Part shown: positions 59,915 to 64,000 of the stretch, one piece after another | Layout: every line of letters begins with the position of its first letter | Numbering within the stretch: position 1 is the first letter of the stretch | Origin: a virus | IMG/VR virus record: IMGVR_UViG_3300034082_001419 | Span: 32,001 to 96,000 of that record | Length of the DNA stretch: 64,000 bases | Direction: 5' to 3' (one strand) | The notes under the pieces: generated by a model | Databases searched by the model: none | What the model saw: only the letters and a program-made list of their open reading frames with translations | Told to the model about the DNA's origin: nothing | Position numbers and translations under genes: made by a program

Positions 59915-60715
59915 TTATGCTAATAAAATTCTTTGTGCAACACCATTAATAATTACATCCCAGTATTTAGTTTGAGTTTGTGCTGCTGTAACTACTGTTC
60001 CCGCATTAGTTCCTACTGAACCAACAACAAATTGATTTGTATTTGTTGATACAGCATCTATACCAATTACAATTGAATTATTATGATTTGCTCTTGCATT
60101 TGAACCAATTGAAATTGTAAAATTTGCATTACTGGAAGCAAAACCAGCTTTAGAACCAATAGCCGTATTATCTGATCCAGTAGTATTATTTTTTAATGCT
60201 TGCCAACCTAATGCAACATTATTAGAACCAACCGTATTAGTATATAATGCTCCTTGACCTATTGCTACGTTAATGGAACCTGTTGTAGTAGCAATTCCAC
60301 AATCTGCTCCCATAATGATGTTACCACCACTAGTAGTATTACTTGATAAAGCATTTTGACCAATTGCAATATTTGTTGAACTAAACATACCATATGGTAA
60401 AGCATTTTTTCCAATTGCAATATTATTAGTACTTCCATAAATAAAATTTACACCAGAACCTGAACCAATTGCTACATTATAATTTGAATCTTCATCTGTA
60501 TAAAGTCCAGTATTATAACCAATATTAACATTTTGTCCAACTACATAAGTAATAACAAAACTACTTGATAAATCTTCTACTGATATAGCACCAGGCAAAT
60601 ATCCATCTTTTCTTCTATTATCTTTTAACCCTACAGGGATAAGAGTTTGAGAAGCATCTACTGTTGTTACTTGTCTCTTGCTCTTAAGCCAAGAGATAAA
60701 ATTTAAAACATCCAT
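59915..60715 (-). CDS. Fibre protein with N.A(I/L)G beta-roll repeats, 266 aa
   Basis: 14-residue N.AIG..AL..NT.G repeats; MDVLNFISW N-terminus. Confidence 0.7.
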   Translation of the reverse strand: MDVLNFISWLKSKRQVTTVDASQTLIPVGLKDNRRKDGYLPGAISVEDLSSSFVITYVVGQNVNIGYNTGLYTDEDSNYNVAIGSGSGVNFIYGSTNNIAIGKNALPYGMFSSTNIAIGQNALSSNTTSGGNIIMGADCGIATTTGSINVAIGQGALYTNTVGSNNVALGWQALKNNTTGSDNTAIGSKAGFASSNANFTISIGSNARANHNNSIVIGIDAVSTNTNQFVVGSVGTNAGTVVTAAQTQTKYWDVIINGVAQRILLA

Positions 60716-60742
60716 TTTATTTATTTATTTTTAAGTTAATTA

Positions 60743-62323
60743 TTATGCTAATAAGATTTTTCTTGCTACTCCATTGATAACTACATTCCATACATTAGAA
60801 GAAGTGTTAACTTCTGATGTTACTGTTCCTGCGTTAATACTTGATGAACCCACTACAAATTGATTAGATGCAGTAGAATTAGCACCAAAACCAAGTATAA
60901 TTGAACCACTAAAGTTATTTGTTTGAGTAGATGCACCAATTACTGTATTATTACTAGCAGTAGAATTTCCACCTCCTGCACTTTGTCCAATAGCAATGTT
61001 ATTTGTACCAGTAGTATTTTGTCCTAATGAAGAACTGCCACATGCAGTATTTCCTGTTCCTGTTGTATTTACTAGCAATGTTCCAGAACCTACAGCAGTA
61101 TTGCTTGTACCTGTAGATGTTGAATATAATGAACTTGTACCAATTCCAACATTTCCAGTTCCAGTCGTATTAGTATACAGAGCTTGATTTCCTATTGCAA
61201 CATTGTTATCTGCATTAATATTTCTAAATAAAGTTTGATAACCAATAGCAACATTATTATTTCCAGTAACATTGTCTCTCAATGTTCTATAACCTAATGC
61301 AACATTATATTGTCCAGATATTAAAGTTGCAGGAGATATTTGAAAACCTGTTCCAGCACCAATTAAGGTACTTGTCATTACAGTTGTTAAATTTTTAAAA
61401 CCGTAACCATTTGGACTAAAGCCAGTTGTAGTTAATGTACATGCTGTTACAATACCTCCTGTTACAGTTATATTAACTTTTGGATATTGTGGTGTTGCAG
61501 TTCCTGAAAAATATTCTAATACTATATCTGTATATGATCCGTCTGTATATCCTGATCCTGGTGTAATTGCACCAAATGAACCAACTCCAGTACTATTACT
61601 ATCAAGTGCATTAGAACCCATTGCATGATTATAATTTCCAAGAATATTACTTCCTAAACTATTGGAACCTATAGCAACATTTCCTATACCAGCAGTATTT
61701 ACACCTAATGCTAGATAACCAATACCAGTATTATTACTACCAGTCGTATTTAATAATGCATATGTTCCAATAGCAGTATTATAATTTGCACTAATATTAG
61801 TAAATAAGGCTTGATGACCAATTGCAGTATTAAAGTTACCTGATGTATTTCCTCTTAATGCACTGTTTCCAAGTGAAGTATTATTAATACCAATTTGATT
61901 ACTAACTAATGCGGAATTTCCTATTGCTGTATTACTATTACCTGTTGTATTAGCAGCTAATGCTCCTTGTCCATATGATAAATTACCTACAATATTATTA
62001 TTACCATTACACCATACTGTTTTATCACTTTCATTATATTCAAACCAATAAGGCAATGATCCACCAGCATAGTTAGGAATATTTAATGTAGATCCTATTA
62101 ACGTAGCTGCACCAGATGAACCAGTTGTAGTTAAAGTAATTGGAGGAGGTAATAATCCAGCAATACTACTAACTAAATCAGTTGTAGTTATTAATGCTGG
62201 TTGATAATTACCATAGAAGTTTGAATCTCTTACACCAATAGTAAACAAGTCTGTTGCTTCTAATAGTGTTCTAACCTTTCTAGTATCAATAAGGTTTGTG
62301 TAGTTTGTTATATTGTTTAACAT
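60743..62323 (-). CDS. Fibre protein with N.A(I/V)G beta-roll repeats and inserted domain, 526 aa
   Basis: Many NTAIG..AL..NTTG repeats; C-terminus paralogous to 59915..60715. Confidence 0.7.
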   Translation of the reverse strand: MLNNITNYTNLIDTRKVRTLLEATDLFTIGVRDSNFYGNYQPALITTTDLVSSIAGLLPPPITLTTTGSSGAATLIGSTLNIPNYAGGSLPYWFEYNESDKTVWCNGNNNIVGNLSYGQGALAANTTGNSNTAIGNSALVSNQIGINNTSLGNSALRGNTSGNFNTAIGHQALFTNISANYNTAIGTYALLNTTGSNNTGIGYLALGVNTAGIGNVAIGSNSLGSNILGNYNHAMGSNALDSNSTGVGSFGAITPGSGYTDGSYTDIVLEYFSGTATPQYPKVNITVTGGIVTACTLTTTGFSPNGYGFKNLTTVMTSTLIGAGTGFQISPATLISGQYNVALGYRTLRDNVTGNNNVAIGYQTLFRNINADNNVAIGNQALYTNTTGTGNVGIGTSSLYSTSTGTSNTAVGSGTLLVNTTGTGNTACGSSSLGQNTTGTNNIAIGQSAGGGNSTASNNTVIGASTQTNNFSGSIILGFGANSTASNQFVVGSSSINAGTVTSEVNTSSNVWNVVINGVARKILLA

Positions 62324-62346
62324 ATCTTTTTATTTTAAATTATTTA

Positions 62347-63387
62347 TTATTCAACTAGAGTAAATATAGATTCACTATAATTATAAGTATCACTATATAC
62401 AAATCCATTTTCATCTATCACACGTAACTTTACAAGTGCGCTATATTTACGAGCTTTATATACATCTGGACTAACTATTTCTATTAAAAAGGGTAAATAT
62501 TGAGATGTATCTGTAATTCTTGAAATTGTTACATTTTGAAGCATGGTTAAGGATGTAAATACAAAACCAGGATCTGAGTCTGCAAAACTCCAATCATATG
62601 TTACATCACCAAGTATACCTGATAATACTGCAGTAAGTGTATTATCATTTTGTATTATTGTTACATACCCCCTTGATATTGTTGGAATCCAATTAGCATG
62701 ACCATCTGTACTCATACAAGTTAATACTTTACCAATACCGACAGTGTGATCTTGTAACTGTACTGCATAGTTTTGATCAGTACTTGAATTATTAGCTACT
62801 GCCTGTAAACCAACATTAATACCTGCAGTTGAATATATTGCAGAAGTAAAAGTTCCAATATTTTCTGTTGTTGAATTAACTGCAGTAAACTGTGCTCCAT
62901 AGTTTGTTAATGGTCCAACACCTCTTGAACTTCCTGCAATAGCTCCAAAAGAACCATTTTTTAAGTTTGTTGATTCTGCTACTATATCATATATTGAAGA
63001 AGATATTGTTAATAGACGAGAAGAAGTTGGTGCTGTTCCAATTCCAAGGGTTGTTCCATTATCTCTAATAACACCATATCCTAAAGTTGTATTATTTGGA
63101 GTCCAGCGTGCTACATAATCTTGTAATCCTAATCCAGATAAACCTGTAGTAGATAATACACCTGAACTATTTATAGTTAAACCTGAACCAATCTTAATAC
63201 CACCAAGTGTTGTACTACTTGCAATTGGTAATGTATATGAACCAAATGCACTTATTGGTACAACAATGGATAAATACTTATCATCTCTTGTAGGATCTGG
63301 GACGCCAACTACAGTCAATGCATCTGGTGGCATTGTTTCTCTATAATCTTTTCTTTTAATCCAGCTTATAAAATTTAATACATCCAT
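62347..63387 (-). CDS. Fibre-like protein, 346 aa
   Basis: MDVLNFISW N-terminus; YTLPIASSTTLGGIKIGSGLTI fibre module. Confidence 0.65.
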   Translation of the reverse strand: MDVLNFISWIKRKDYRETMPPDALTVVGVPDPTRDDKYLSIVVPISAFGSYTLPIASSTTLGGIKIGSGLTINSSGVLSTTGLSGLGLQDYVARWTPNNTTLGYGVIRDNGTTLGIGTAPTSSRLLTISSSIYDIVAESTNLKNGSFGAIAGSSRGVGPLTNYGAQFTAVNSTTENIGTFTSAIYSTAGINVGLQAVANNSSTDQNYAVQLQDHTVGIGKVLTCMSTDGHANWIPTISRGYVTIIQNDNTLTAVLSGILGDVTYDWSFADSDPGFVFTSLTMLQNVTISRITDTSQYLPFLIEIVSPDVYKARKYSALVKLRVIDENGFVYSDTYNYSESIFTLVE

Positions 63388-63398
63388 AATTATTTATT

Positions 63399-64000
63399 TT
63401 ATCCAATTAACCAGTTTGTACCATCTGAAAATACAGGTATTATATTAGCACCACCTCCTACTACAATAACACCAAAATTTCCTGATGCTTGTGAAGTAGA
63501 GTCAGCAATCATAGCTCTTGCTCCAGGTGCTGAAACTGCATTTGGTAATGTAGCTAAAGTAACTACTGGAAATTTAAGTAATGCATTTCTTGTTGAAAAT
63601 TCCCATGTAAAGTTACCGCTGATAATAACATCACCAAATATACCATCTACACTATTACCTGCATAAAGAGTGATGTCACTTCCTGGTAAACCAGATGTTG
63701 TAGTATAACCAGCTTGAATATTTACAAAGCCACCTTCTCCTTGAGAACCTGATACACTGTTACCAGCATCACCTGCTTCAATTCTAATGTCCCCACCAGA
63801 ACCAGCATTAGATGCATTACCATCAGAACCATCTCCAGCATAAATGTTTATATCACCACCTTCAGTCTCTCCCTCATAAAGACCTTTATCACCTTGTAGT
63901 CTGATATCATCACCTGATTCAAGAATAATATCATCTCCAGTAAGTGTTCTAATATATAAATCAGATCCAGAACCTGAAGTTTGGATTACGGCAGTACCTG
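63399..64000 (-). CDS. 3' end of a Gly-rich fibre-like protein (partial)
   Basis: Open frame with GGDI.I.AG repeats ending PVFSDGTNWLIG and stop at 63399-63401. Confidence 0.7.
   Translation of the reverse strand, partial: GTAVIQTSGSGSDLYIRTLTGDDIILESGDDIRLQGDKGLYEGETEGGDINIYAGDGSDGNASNAGSGGDIRIEAGDAGNSVSGSQGEGGFVNIQAGYTTTSGLPGSDITLYAGNSVDGIFGDVIISGNFTWEFSTRNALLKFPVVTLATLPNAVSAPGARAMIADSTSQASGNFGVIVVGGGANIIPVFSDGTNWLIG

Noticed and set aside
770-61187. All plus-strand ORFs and short nested minus-strand ORFs in the track
   Set aside because: They are antisense or off-frame shadows of long minus-strand genes, with no recognisable motifs.
1-64000. Reverse transcriptase, template repeat or Avd gene for the DGR
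   Set aside because: No RT-like ORF and no intergenic AAC-rich copy of the VR seen; the domain-3 repeat is in frame and already carries non-A substitutions, so it is not the template.
1-64000. Stop-codon reassignment as in some crAss-like phages
   Set aside because: Long genes are intact in the standard code and both TAG and TGA end genes at tight junctions.
1-64000. tRNA or rRNA genes
   Set aside because: Intergenic gaps are short and AT-rich; no cloverleaf or T-loop consensus noticed.

Overview
AT-rich, densely coding segment of a crAss-like (Crassvirales-type) tailed phage, probably infecting Bacteroidota (no Shine-Dalgarno sites, A-rich leaders, TAnnTTTG-like promoter elements). All credible genes are on the minus strand and use the standard code. 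In transcription order (right to left): a long array of modular tail fibre/spike genes with small partner genes (64-49.5 kb), a lysis cassette (holin-like genes, YiiX/YaeF-type amidase, M15 peptidase), small DNA-binding genes and a PD-(D/E)XK nuclease, terminase, portal, scaffold-like protein, major capsid protein, small basic proteins, a ferritin/Dps-like gene, Cys-rich structural genes, ring and tail-stabilisation proteins, and large internal/ejected proteins. The last ORF runs off the left edge and carries an embedded PD-(D/E)XK nuclease domain. Main observations: (1) a 611-aa protein of three tandem Fib_succ_major-like domains, two of which show a clear diversity-generating-retroelement adenine-mutagenesis signature, with no RT or template repeat in the window; (2) a short xxxGG / KAQxG peptide tag repeated in many otherwise unrelated presumed internal proteins; (3) a hairpin behind the DGR target whose loop is antisense to a leader motif at three start codons. 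All family assignments come from reading motifs by eye; no searches were run.
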